Source: Promethearchaeia archaeon
GTDB taxonomy: Archaea; Asgardarchaeota; Lokiarchaeia; Sigyniarchaeales; SOKP01
Direction: 5' to 3'
Length of the DNA: 64,000 nucleotides
Assembly: GCA_029856045.1 (NCBI GenBank)
Contig: JAHQWG010000028.1
Location: forward strand, 32,001-96,000
In this document: positions 39,697 through 49,253 of the stretch, piece by piece
How the letters are laid out: the number at the start of each line of letters is the position of its first letter
Position numbering within the stretch: the stretch's first letter is position 1
The notes under the pieces: generated by a model
Seen by the model: the letters and a program-made list of their open reading frames with translations, nothing else
Database searches by the model: none
Told to the model about the DNA's origin: nothing
Made by a program: the position numbers and the translations under genes

Positions 39697-40331
39697 TTAA
39701 TCCAAATGAACTTCCCCATTAATTCTCACAATCCGACCTTCTACTTTCAATCGGCCATCGCAATATAATTCAATTGCTTTTGGAAAAATTTTATGCTCCC
39801 CTTTAAATTTCTTGCTCCAAGTGTGTCTTCGGTGTCGGTATCATATGCAGGAACACATTTTTGAATAATTATAGGTCCATGATCAGAATGATGATCTACA
39901 AAATGAACAGTACAACCTGATACTTTTACTCCGTATTCTACTGCATCTCGCTGGGCATGCATACCCTTGAATGAAGGGAGAAGGGCTGGGTGTATATTCA
40001 TGACATTTCCTTTAAATTGGTCAAGAAAATATTGGCTTACTAACCTCATGTACCCCACTAAGACAATTAAGTCGCAAGAGTATTCTTTTAGAATCTTTAC
40101 TAATTTTTTATCAAATTCCTCTCTTGTTCCTTTATGTTTATCCGATTCAATTAAATAGTAAGGGATATTAAAGTTCTTAGCACGTTTCATACATAGAGCC
40201 CCCGGTTTATTACAAATGAGTACAACAACTTTTGCTTTATTTTTTAGGATGCCCTCTTCCGTTGCTTTAATAATTGCTTCGAAATTAGATCCCGACCCTG
40301 AAGCTATAGCTCCAATTTTTACAAGTGTCAT
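39697..40331 (-). CDS. purN: Phosphoribosylglycinamide formyltransferase with a -1 frame discontinuity near the 3' end
   Basis: ASGSGSNF, GYMRLV, NIHPALLPSF, GCTVHFV, GPIIIQ; the conserved tail EHKIFPKAIELYCDGRLKVEGRIV lies in the -1 frame past 39798-39810. Confidence 0.9.
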
Positions 40332-40629
40332 GGTTAATCGAATTATTAATTTTTAGAATTTTAAAATTATTTATTATTATAATAAACTTTTTATAATTAT
40401 GCTAATATAGTTTATTTGGAATAAGCTCTTTAATGAAAATTTTATAGCAATTTTATTAATGAAATACAAATAAAAGAGATTTAATCTCTCGTAATAAATA
40501 ATCTCATATTAATCTGATTAATTATATCTTTATTTGATATGTATATATTTTAATGTTTTATTATCATAAATTGCAAATCATATAAATTATTTAATAAATA
40601 AGAAACTGATTCTTTAAATACTGAGTAAA

Positions 40630-42537
40630 ATGAGTTGCGAACGTGAATTAAACAGAATAAAAACTGTAATTAAAAAAAATCTTCCAGAAGAAATAAATAT
40701 AAAAAAGATCGAATTTGAGGGTCCTGATATAGCGGTTTATTCTGAAAATCCTAAAATTTTAATAGAAGAAGCTAATATTTTAAAAGAATTAGCAAAAAAG
40801 ATGCGTAAAAGGATTGTGGTTAGATGGAATGTTGAAAAACGTAGAGATATGGGAGAAACCGAGGAATATATTAAAAATTTAGTTGGAGAAGATGCAGAAA
40901 TTTCAAATATCGAATTTGATGAGAATAAAGGAGAAGTAATTATTGAATCTGTGAAACCAGGATTGGTTATTGGCAAAAAAGGAAATAACTTAACAGAGAT
41001 AAGAAAAAATACATTTTGGCAACCATTAACGATAAGATCTCCACCTATAGACTCTAAAACGATTAAGTTAATTAGAGGTATGTTAAAGACTGAACGCTCT
41101 AAACAAAAGCAAATTCTTCTTAAAATTGGAAAAAGAATACATCGACCTACTCTATTTAACGATTTAAGAATACGAATGACTGCTTTAGGAGGTTTCAGAG
41201 AAGTTGGGAGATCATGTATTTTAATCCAAACAAATGATAGTAATATATTATTAGATTGCGGAATAAATGTTGGAAATAGTAATAATCAATTTCCCTTTTT
41301 TGAGGTCCCACAATTTACAATAAAAGATTTAGATGCAGTTATTTTAAGCCATGCCCATTTAGACCATTCAGGGTTTATTCCATTCCTTTATAAATATGGT
41401 TATCGTGGTCCACTTTATTGTACTCTTCCAACACGTAATTTATCAACAATGCTTCAATTAGATTACATTCAAATCGCTGAGAGAGAAGCACGACCACCTC
41501 CCTATTCAAAAAGGGATGTAAAAACCACTGTACTACATACAATTCCATTATCATATGGGAAAGTTACAGACATCGCTCCAGATGTTAAATTAACATTGCA
41601 TAATTCAGGACATATTCTTGGTGGATCAGTTATTCATTTACATTTTGGAGATGGTGGGTATAATTTTGTTTATACTGGAGATTTTAAATTTCAGAAAACA
41701 AGATTATTAGAACCCGCGTCTGTGAACTTTCCCCGAGTTGAATGTCTTTTGACTGAATCTACTTACGGTGGAGCACAAGATCGAATTCCAAGCCGTCATG
41801 AATCTGAAAAGGAACTTAGAAATGTAGTTAACGCTCATATCAGGAAAGGTGGAAAAATATTAATTCCTGTTTTAGCAGTGGGACGAGCACAAGAATTAAT
41901 CATTATTCTTGAAGAATTTATTTCTCATGGATTAATTGATAAGGTTCCTATTTTTTTAGACGGATTAATCAGTGAAGCGACAGCTATACATACTGCTAAT
42001 CCAGACTTTTTAAGTAGCGATTTAAGAGAAAAAATCCTTCATCAAGGGAAAAATCCTTTTTTAAGTGAATATTTCACAACTATAAATTCAAAAGATGAAC
42101 GAAAGGATGTACTTAAAGGAGGTCCGTGCATTATTTTAGCTACATCTGGAATGTTGATTGGTGGACCTTCATTAATATATTTAAAAGAATTAGCTAACGA
42201 TCCGAAAAATGGATTGATATTTGTATCATATCAAGTTGAAGGAACATTAGGTCGCAGGATTCAAAAAGGTTTTAAAGAATTTCAATACGAAGATACAAGA
42301 GGACGAACCCAACTCGTTAAAATAAATTTAAGTCTTTATACAATAGAGGGATTCAGTGGTCACAGTTCAAGATCGCAAATCTCTCAATATATACGCAAGA
42401 TCAACCCATCTCCCCGTCTAATTATTGTAAATCACGGAGAAGAATCAAAAACGGTGAGTCTTTCATCATTGCTACATAAGAAGCTAAAGCGAACGACTAA
42501 AAGCCCAGCTAATATGGAAACACTTCGTCTAAAATAA
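40630..42537 (+). CDS. fttA: aCPSF1/FttA KH + beta-CASP ribonuclease, transcription termination factor
   Basis: EFEGP, KPGLVIGKKG, GGFREVGRSC, SHAHLDHSG, ESTYG, FSGHS, HGE. Confidence 0.95.
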   Translation: MSCERELNRIKTVIKKNLPEEINIKKIEFEGPDIAVYSENPKILIEEANILKELAKKMRKRIVVRWNVEKRRDMGETEEYIKNLVGEDAEISNIEFDENKGEVIIESVKPGLVIGKKGNNLTEIRKNTFWQPLTIRSPPIDSKTIKLIRGMLKTERSKQKQILLKIGKRIHRPTLFNDLRIRMTALGGFREVGRSCILIQTNDSNILLDCGINVGNSNNQFPFFEVPQFTIKDLDAVILSHAHLDHSGFIPFLYKYGYRGPLYCTLPTRNLSTMLQLDYIQIAEREARPPPYSKRDVKTTVLHTIPLSYGKVTDIAPDVKLTLHNSGHILGGSVIHLHFGDGGYNFVYTGDFKFQKTRLLEPASVNFPRVECLLTESTYGGAQDRIPSRHESEKELRNVVNAHIRKGGKILIPVLAVGRAQELIIILEEFISHGLIDKVPIFLDGLISEATAIHTANPDFLSSDLREKILHQGKNPFLSEYFTTINSKDERKDVLKGGPCIILATSGMLIGGPSLIYLKELANDPKNGLIFVSYQVEGTLGRRIQKGFKEFQYEDTRGRTQLVKINLSLYTIEGFSGHSSRSQISQYIRKINPSPRLIIVNHGEESKTVSLSSLLHKKLKRTTKSPANMETLRLK

Positions 42538-42634
42538 TCATTTCTAAGCGTTAAGTGTAAAATATTTTTTCATAAAAATTATAATAAATCTATTTTTAAT
42601 TTATTAATATCCTCAATAAAATATGTAATTTTTT

Positions 42635-43594
42635 GTGAATTATCTTTTGACGCCAGTTGATAAAGAACATAAAAAGAGACCAAGATATATTTCAATACTT
42701 CGTGTTACTATTCAGATTTTAAGCTTTTTTTTGATTAATTACATAATAATTGAATTAATTTTTCAAATTGATATGGATTTGTTTGAAGGATTAATTAAAA
42801 TCCTCCCCATTTTAAATTCCCCTCGAAATCCAATTTCGAATGGAGCTGGATTTGTGGAAGTTATTGTATACATGATTGGTCAAGCAGAATTTCCATTTTT
42901 AATAATTGGAGTACTGATATTAATATCTTTATTAAGTTCCCGTTTATTTTGTGGATTTATTTGTCCAGTTGGTTCAATTCAAGATTTTTTATCAATATTT
43001 CGTTCAAAGAAAAAACAATTCTCAAGAAAGACTCATAAATTTTTGACTCATATTAAGTTAGTTATATTATTAATCATAATTATTGCGATAATGGCTTTAG
43101 GTATTGCGAAAGTGATAAGCCCAATTTTTTATATCGATTATAAAAATAATTTAGGAGATTTTGCGGATAAACCGCTAGGTTATTTTTCTTTATCTGAATA
43201 TTTATTTGTTTTCCTCCCGGAAATAATTCAAGATATAATTAATTCTGGTGATATCTTAATTTTATTTAATGATTTTGTGACTTTTTTCATATTTTTCTTT
43301 TATATTATAATTCTAATATTTGCAGTGTATTATCCCAGAATGTATTGCAGATATATATGCCCATATGCGGCTTTAAGTTCACTATTTAGTGAATATTCTT
43401 TTTTGAAATTAGCACGTAATCCGGTAAAATGCGCGGGACGAAAAGAGTGTGGGATTTGCGAAAAAGTATGTCCAATGCAGATTAGAATTTTAGATGAAAA
43501 ATTTGAAGGCTTTACCGGGGGAGGGGAATGTATATTATGTTTGAAATGTGTTGAGAAGTGTCCTTTTAATGCTTTAAAATTAAAATTTGGTTAA
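42635..43594 (+). CDS. NapH/MauN-type membrane polyferredoxin
   Basis: RLFCGFICPVG, YCRYICPY, CGICEKVCPM, CILCLKCVEKCP. Confidence 0.88.
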   Translation: MNYLLTPVDKEHKKRPRYISILRVTIQILSFFLINYIIIELIFQIDMDLFEGLIKILPILNSPRNPISNGAGFVEVIVYMIGQAEFPFLIIGVLILISLLSSRLFCGFICPVGSIQDFLSIFRSKKKQFSRKTHKFLTHIKLVILLIIIIAIMALGIAKVISPIFYIDYKNNLGDFADKPLGYFSLSEYLFVFLPEIIQDIINSGDILILFNDFVTFFIFFFYIIILIFAVYYPRMYCRYICPYAALSSLFSEYSFLKLARNPVKCAGRKECGICEKVCPMQIRILDEKFEGFTGGGECILCLKCVEKCPFNALKLKFG

Positions 43595-43612
43595 TTTTTT
43601 AATTAGTATCTT

Positions 43613-44821
43613 TTACTTTTTCACACGTTCAGAAATTTCCTTGAAGTAACCATCACTCATACCTGCGATATAATCCCTCACGATCCAGCCAAGCCTATCT
43701 TGTTCCTTATACTTCTTATAATATTTTGAAAAATCTCTATCGTCTATATATTCTATATGGTCTTTAAAAATGGGTGATTCATGATTCTCCATTTTTAAAT
43801 CTTTTAAAGAGGATTCAAAAATCAAATTGAACTTGTCTCTTAACTTTTCTATAAAAGTCTTACCAGAATTATCTTTGATAGATAAATCCCTTCTTGAATA
43901 AATATAGTCGTAGTTAAATTGTTTTAACTCTTTAAGTGCTTTAAATATTTCGTCAGAATAACCAATATACCCCTCCTTATTCTCAAAACTAAAGTCTATT
44001 AGGTCTTTTATTAAAATATTCATTATTTTACGATTAGTGTCCCCAAGAACTTCTCTACAATTCTCGGGGATTTCAGAACGATTAATAAATTTTAAAAGAA
44101 TGGCATCCTCAATATCTTTCCCTATATAGGAAATTGTATCACAAAATCTAACAACAATACCTTCATAAGACATTGGTATCCTTTTTGTTTTATTTTCGTG
44201 AAAACAATCATTATATTCTTTAAAATGATCATCCCAAGTCTTTCCATTTATTTCCACGGGTTTTAGCCGTTTTTCATTAACTTCACCATCATGACATAAT
44301 ATACCATCTAGAACTTGTAATGTTAAATTTAATCCTTCTGCAGGTTTTGTTGGAAACCTCTTTTCTAGATAAAATAACCATCGAACTCCTTGAGCATTAT
44401 GTATAAAAGTGCCTAAACCGTATTTTTCAGTTATTTCATTTAGAATTTCTTCACCTAGATGTCCATAAGGAGTATGACCAATATCGTGCCCTAGAGCAAT
44501 GGCTTCAATCAAGTCTGTATTTAATGTTAAAATCCTACCAACTTGACGAGCAACTCTAGAAACTAAGGTAACATGTAGCGAACGGTGAGTAATATTAGCA
44601 TTATTTACTTCAAAGAATACTTGCGATTTATCTATATATCGGCTGAAGGAAAGGCTGTGTCCTATTCTATCTACGTCTCTAAAAAAAGGAGGTCTGATAT
44701 CTAAATCCTGATCTTTTTCTTCATAATATCTTGAGGCCATAGAATCTAGAATACCAAGTGGACCAACCGAATTATCTTTAGATAAACGAGCCTTAAATAG
44801 ATTGAATCTATCAATATCCAT
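43613..44821 (-). CDS. HD-domain dNTP triphosphohydrolase (dGTPase-like)
   Basis: RDVDRI, KSQVF, HRSLH, GHDIGHTPYGHLGE, HNAQG, DTISY, DYIAGMSD. Confidence 0.9.
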   Translation of the reverse strand: MDIDRFNLFKARLSKDNSVGPLGILDSMASRYYEEKDQDLDIRPPFFRDVDRIGHSLSFSRYIDKSQVFFEVNNANITHRSLHVTLVSRVARQVGRILTLNTDLIEAIALGHDIGHTPYGHLGEEILNEITEKYGLGTFIHNAQGVRWLFYLEKRFPTKPAEGLNLTLQVLDGILCHDGEVNEKRLKPVEINGKTWDDHFKEYNDCFHENKTKRIPMSYEGIVVRFCDTISYIGKDIEDAILLKFINRSEIPENCREVLGDTNRKIMNILIKDLIDFSFENKEGYIGYSDEIFKALKELKQFNYDYIYSRRDLSIKDNSGKTFIEKLRDKFNLIFESSLKDLKMENHESPIFKDHIEYIDDRDFSKYYKKYKEQDRLGWIVRDYIAGMSDGYFKEISERVKK

Positions 44822-45076
44822 AAAAAATTTGTAAAATTATTAATAATATTAAATTTATTTTAATAATTCTTCATTTAAGTACTTTTCTTCATACCAATAC
44901 CAAAATTCAGGTAAATTCACATTTGGATCACAATTTTTATAACGCTCAAAATCTTCAAAAAATGGTTTATAAATAATGGTGCAAAATTTCTTATCTTTGC
45001 GGGTATTCTTTTGATAGTATGTGGCCCAGATTACGGTCTGCATTACTTTAAAATAATTTAATTAAAAAGTAGGGAA

Positions 45077-45175
45077 AAATATAAAATAGAAGATAAATTA
45101 GGTTGGATTGTTAGAGATTATATTGCAGGAATGAGTGATGGATATTTTAAAGAAATGACAGAATGGGTTAAAAAA
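45077..45175 (+). pseudogene. Inverted remnant of the 3' end of an HD dGTPase paralog
   Basis: KYKIEDKLGWIVRDYIAGMSDGYFKEMTEWVKK versus KYKEQDRLGWIVRDYIAGMSDGYFKEISERVKK at 43616-43714 on the minus strand. Confidence 0.85.
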
Positions 45176-45287
45176 AAAATTAATGAGATTTTAACTATAA
45201 TTATTTATTATTAAATACAAAAATATGAAAAATAAAAGTTCGATAAAATTTTAATTTCATGTTAGATAATATTTAACGTAGATAATT

Positions 45288-45360
45288 AGCTCCGTAGTGT
45301 AGTGGCCAAGCATCTGGGGCTCTGAATCCTGGGACGGCGGTTCGAGTCCGCCCGGAGCTA
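45288..45360 (+). tRNA. tRNA-Gln(CTG)
   Basis: AGCTCCG/CGGAGCT-A acceptor with archaeal Gln-type A1-U72; loop CTCTGAA; GGTTCGAGTCC. Confidence 0.92.
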
Positions 45361-45468
45361 TTTTTTTGATTTGATAGAGATTAATATTAAATATCGACAA
45401 ATACATTAAAATAGTATAATCACTAATTAAGTATAAGAATACCAAAAAATATTAAAAAAATTATTAAA

Positions 45469-45885
45469 ATGCCAATTATTAGTTTTTCAGTTAATGATCA
45501 TTTGAAAAAATTTTTAAATAAATTAGTTACTAAAAAATATTATCCAAATCAGTCAAAAGTTATAAGAGACGCACTATTAAGGCTTATGTCAACAATGGAA
45601 ATTTCAGAAATCGATAGAGATGTAGTAATAGAAAAGATACAAAAGGATATAGTTGGAAACGCAATGATAGTGATAGAAAATGATGATGATCTAACAATTA
45701 AAAAAATTTCCAAGCTAGAAACTGATTTTAAAGAATCTATCGTAGGTAAATCTCAATTCTTATACTCTAAATATAAAACAATATTATTTGTTTTTGAAGG
45801 TGAGGTAGATAGTTTTCATAGTTTTATTTCAGAATTAAATGCTATTGAAAATTTAAAGAATTTTAGATACATAATTATTAGTTAA
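45469..45885 (+). CDS. NikR/CopG-type ribbon-helix-helix regulator
   Basis: MPIISFSV...YPNQSKVIRDAL; ACT-like C-terminal domain without NikR His ligands. Confidence 0.8.
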   Translation: MPIISFSVNDHLKKFLNKLVTKKYYPNQSKVIRDALLRLMSTMEISEIDRDVVIEKIQKDIVGNAMIVIENDDDLTIKKISKLETDFKESIVGKSQFLYSKYKTILFVFEGEVDSFHSFISELNAIENLKNFRYIIIS

Positions 45886-45900
45886 TCTAAAAGAAGAAAT

Positions 45901-48267
45901 TTAGAGTTTCATTGCCCTTCCTATAACATTTTTAAAATTTTCTATGTCATCGGCTAATTTTTCCGCATCATCATCATTAATATTATCTTCTTTACTGTAT
46001 TTATTTAAAGCCGTTAACCAAAACTCAATTCTATCTAAAACGGGGTGACTCTCTCCTAAAATTTTTCTTATTCTCACAAATGTATCTTGAAGCTTAATAC
46101 GGATATTATTTGCACGCCATTTTAACATACAATAATCAGAAATTTCCATTAAATTTTGAGTAATGACCATTATGTCAAGTGTTTTTTCACGTTCTTCAGA
46201 TTTTATTTTTCTAATAATATTTATTTGCTCAAATAAGATTTCAATAATTTTTGCTAACCAACCAGTTAATTGTCCGGGATTACCGCACCAAACTCTTAAT
46301 TCTAGTGATTGATTTTTAGCATTAATAAATATTCTAGTAATTATTCTCCCACCGGTTACTTTTGCTTCAGCACAATACCATGCTTCAGCTTGGTAATTAT
46401 CATCATGCCCGTCTTCATGAGAAGTAACAATGGTAGTTTCAAAACTTTTTAGAGTTCTTTGGGCAGCTCTGAAAGCCAACCGAGGATCGAGATCGGCAAT
46501 CATAAATGCTCTTGCATCACTCGGTAGGTCTTGGATCGCTAATTGACAATCTTCCACATTGTCGAGAGTAGCGATGACTAATGGACATTTTATTTGCACA
46601 TTTTTTTTCTTGAGATATATGGTTTTTTTTTCACCTTTTGGAGACTTATAGATAACTGTTCCACCGATTGAAGATATTCCACATTCACGGGGTTCTAGGT
46701 AAAAATCAACTCCTCTTGAGTTATTAGGTTCAATTACAGGAATTGAAATTATTTCATTTTTTATATTATAACTAGAAGGGGCATCAAGTATAATCTTAAT
46801 AGAGTGAATTGCCACATCATTATGATTTCGAACTACTATTTTAAAGTGTAATTGACCTCCTTGAAAATCATATTCTCTAAGAACTTCAACCTTATCAGAT
46901 AACTTTAAGTCATCAGTTGGAATCTCATCTAATTTTATTGAATATTGAGATGGGATGGGAGTTACTTTTTCAAGAATGAACATTTTATTTAAAGAATCAA
47001 TATATCCTTCAATGGAGCCCCGTGATATCAGAATTGCTAATTTTTCCTCAATATTTGACTCAGTTATTCCTAAACGTCTCGCTAATTCTGTTAATGAAAT
47101 TTTCCTATAAACTTTAGTTACTTCTTTTATTTTGATTTCTAAGTGTTTTTGAGTCATAAATTCTCTTCTCTGAGTAAATACACCCTTAAGTTCTCCACTT
47201 TGTATAAGATTAAATAAAGTTCTCCGATTTAATTCCACAGCGATTTTAAGATCTTCTGAAATTTTATTAAGTTTAAAAATTCCTTTATCTTTTGCATATT
47301 CCTTTATTTCAATATTTAATTGATTTTGGGTGATTATTTCTTTTCCTTTATCTGCAAAAAAAGCAAATAACTTCTCTAATTTCATTAGATTTACGCAAAA
47401 ATTTTTAATATTTTCTTGAGGTAAATCTAATTCTTCACTAAGTTTTATTATTGAAATTCTGCCCTTTAAATTAATAATATCAATTATTTTATCGAAGATA
47501 TATTGTTTAGTATAATATTTCTGCTTGCTTATCGTAAAAGAACCTTTGATTTTATATTCCTTAATCAACTTTAAGATTAATTTTATTATATTATCAGAAC
47601 TCATATCTAACATTGAAGATAGATTTTGATTCTCAATAATTCCATCTTCTTCAATTTTTGAAACAATTTTTTGTTTGATTTCTGATGAGATATAATAAAA
47701 TAAATTATGAATATTATCGGTAATTCCATAAACTTTATTTTCATTAATAAAATTTTTAATAATTCCAACAATCTCGTCTGAACTGACGTTAAACATTGTT
47801 GATAACGTAGTAAAATTAGTAATTGAGGCACTTTTTAATACTGCTAAAAGACATTGGGGGCATACTTCCTTACCTTCGAATTTTCTTAATTTTTTATTGC
47901 ATACTTCATCAAATTTTATTATACCAAGTCTTTTTGCATCTCTAAGAACTCTTTCTTTATAAGGATAAAATATTCCAGGAGATTTTAAATACGAATTCCA
48001 TCCACATTTTTTATCAGTGCATTTTAAATAGAATTGACCAGATGATAATCTATCTAACTGTAGTAGCGCTTTACATTCAGGACATGAACTTCTTTCTATT
48101 ATGGAACAGCGATATCTTAGATCTTTAGCATTAACTCGTGAATAATATAAATTATGATCTTTACAATACCATTTCTCTGTACTAATCACATGGTTTATGC
48201 AAAAGGAAGCTCCACACTTCTCACAAGTAAATACTACGTTTTCATCTTCACAAAATTCGCATTTCAT
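45901..48267 (-). CDS. Zn fingers + tandem PCI/winged-helix repeats (UFL1/DDRGK1-like) + adaptin-ear (GAE/platform)-like domains
   Basis: AN1-like CEFC..CEKC..FCINH; about 5 WH repeats (e.g. GRISIIKLSEELDL, RKISLTELARRLGI..GSIEGYID); Ig-like REYDFQGGQLHFKIVVRN...KCP; platform-like AWYCAEAKV..LELRVW. Confidence 0.7.
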   Translation of the reverse strand: MKCEFCEDENVVFTCEKCGASFCINHVISTEKWYCKDHNLYYSRVNAKDLRYRCSIIERSSCPECKALLQLDRLSSGQFYLKCTDKKCGWNSYLKSPGIFYPYKERVLRDAKRLGIIKFDEVCNKKLRKFEGKEVCPQCLLAVLKSASITNFTTLSTMFNVSSDEIVGIIKNFINENKVYGITDNIHNLFYYISSEIKQKIVSKIEEDGIIENQNLSSMLDMSSDNIIKLILKLIKEYKIKGSFTISKQKYYTKQYIFDKIIDIINLKGRISIIKLSEELDLPQENIKNFCVNLMKLEKLFAFFADKGKEIITQNQLNIEIKEYAKDKGIFKLNKISEDLKIAVELNRRTLFNLIQSGELKGVFTQRREFMTQKHLEIKIKEVTKVYRKISLTELARRLGITESNIEEKLAILISRGSIEGYIDSLNKMFILEKVTPIPSQYSIKLDEIPTDDLKLSDKVEVLREYDFQGGQLHFKIVVRNHNDVAIHSIKIILDAPSSYNIKNEIISIPVIEPNNSRGVDFYLEPRECGISSIGGTVIYKSPKGEKKTIYLKKKNVQIKCPLVIATLDNVEDCQLAIQDLPSDARAFMIADLDPRLAFRAAQRTLKSFETTIVTSHEDGHDDNYQAEAWYCAEAKVTGGRIITRIFINAKNQSLELRVWCGNPGQLTGWLAKIIEILFEQINIIRKIKSEEREKTLDIMVITQNLMEISDYCMLKWRANNIRIKLQDTFVRIRKILGESHPVLDRIEFWLTALNKYSKEDNINDDDAEKLADDIENFKNVIGRAMKL

Positions 48268-48393
48268 TTTTTAAAAACTATTCTTCTTTTAGTAAAGATA
48301 TATATTGCATTATTAAAAATTTTTATAGTCCAATAATTATTATTTAGAAATTTAACCTACAATATGAAAAAAAGAAGTTGGTAATTTATACTC

Positions 48394-49086
48394 CTAAATG
48401 ATAGGAAAAATATCAATTTGAAATATTGAAAGAATTAATATCACAATATTAAAAAAAATTATCAAAATAATCATTATTAGAGAAACTTTATTGGATCTTT
48501 GAGTTTCTATCCTTCTTCTTCTTGAACCAAATTCGCTTATAATTGCTAAAGGGAACAATCCAAGAAATGTGCCTAAAGAAAAGGATAAGATTGTTAACAA
48601 TCCACTTATTAAGCCGTAGCTTAATGTCCAAGTAAAACATTGAGTATAAATTATTATTTCAAATATACATGGGGGAATACCAGCTAAAATCCCAATGATA
48701 TAAGGTGTTCTTTTTCTTTTCCAATCAATATCCATCTTTAATTCATCAGCATATCTAGAATGAGGGGCATAATGGTGAGTAATAATATAAATCAACATAT
48801 AAACTGATACTACACAGCTTATTAATGCCCCGAAAAAATTATTAACATAATTTTCTGTAGGAATCAATGTAAAAATTAAACTAAATAATGAAGTAAGTGT
48901 GCCAATAAGCACATTAGCTGTCATTAGTCCAGCACCATATATTATTAAAGTTATCATACTACTTTTCCAATCCTTACTTATACCAAATGACCAAAAACAA
49001 AAAATTGCTTTATCTTCACACGGCATAATTGTATGTAATAAGCCTATGACAAAAGCTGGCCATAATACAAGCAGTTGTTCAAGAAT
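48394..49086 (-). CDS. NicO/UreH/DsbD_2-like metal transporter membrane protein; probable ATT start at 49086
   Basis: Frame is open upstream of ATG 49026: ILEQLLVLWPAFVIGLLHTIMPCED (GxxH motif); AGGGG RBS before the ATT; GIPPC; SFSLGT. Confidence 0.6.
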   Translation of the reverse strand: MLEQLLVLWPAFVIGLLHTIMPCEDKAIFCFWSFGISKDWKSSMITLIIYGAGLMTANVLIGTLTSLFSLIFTLIPTENYVNNFFGALISCVVSVYMLIYIITHHYAPHSRYADELKMDIDWKRKRTPYIIGILAGIPPCIFEIIIYTQCFTWTLSYGLISGLLTILSFSLGTFLGLFPLAIISEFGSRRRRIETQRSNKVSLIMIILIIFFNIVILILSIFQIDIFPII

Positions 49087-49253
49087 CTTGGATTCCCCTG
49101 AAAAGAAATGTTAAGTTAATATTTAATATATAGATTTGTATCTTCCTTATTTTAAATTTTATATTTAATATTAAGATCTGTTTATTTATTATTATTATTT
49201 TATCTAATTGCCTTTATGATCGAAGAATCTCTTAATAAAATTTTTTGTGATAA

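Noticed and set aside
44855-45043. 62-aa ORF upstream of the HD gene
   Set aside because: Possibly real or a remnant, but no recognisable motif, so not called as a feature
45257-45445. 62-aa ORF
   Set aside because: Antisense to tRNA-Gln
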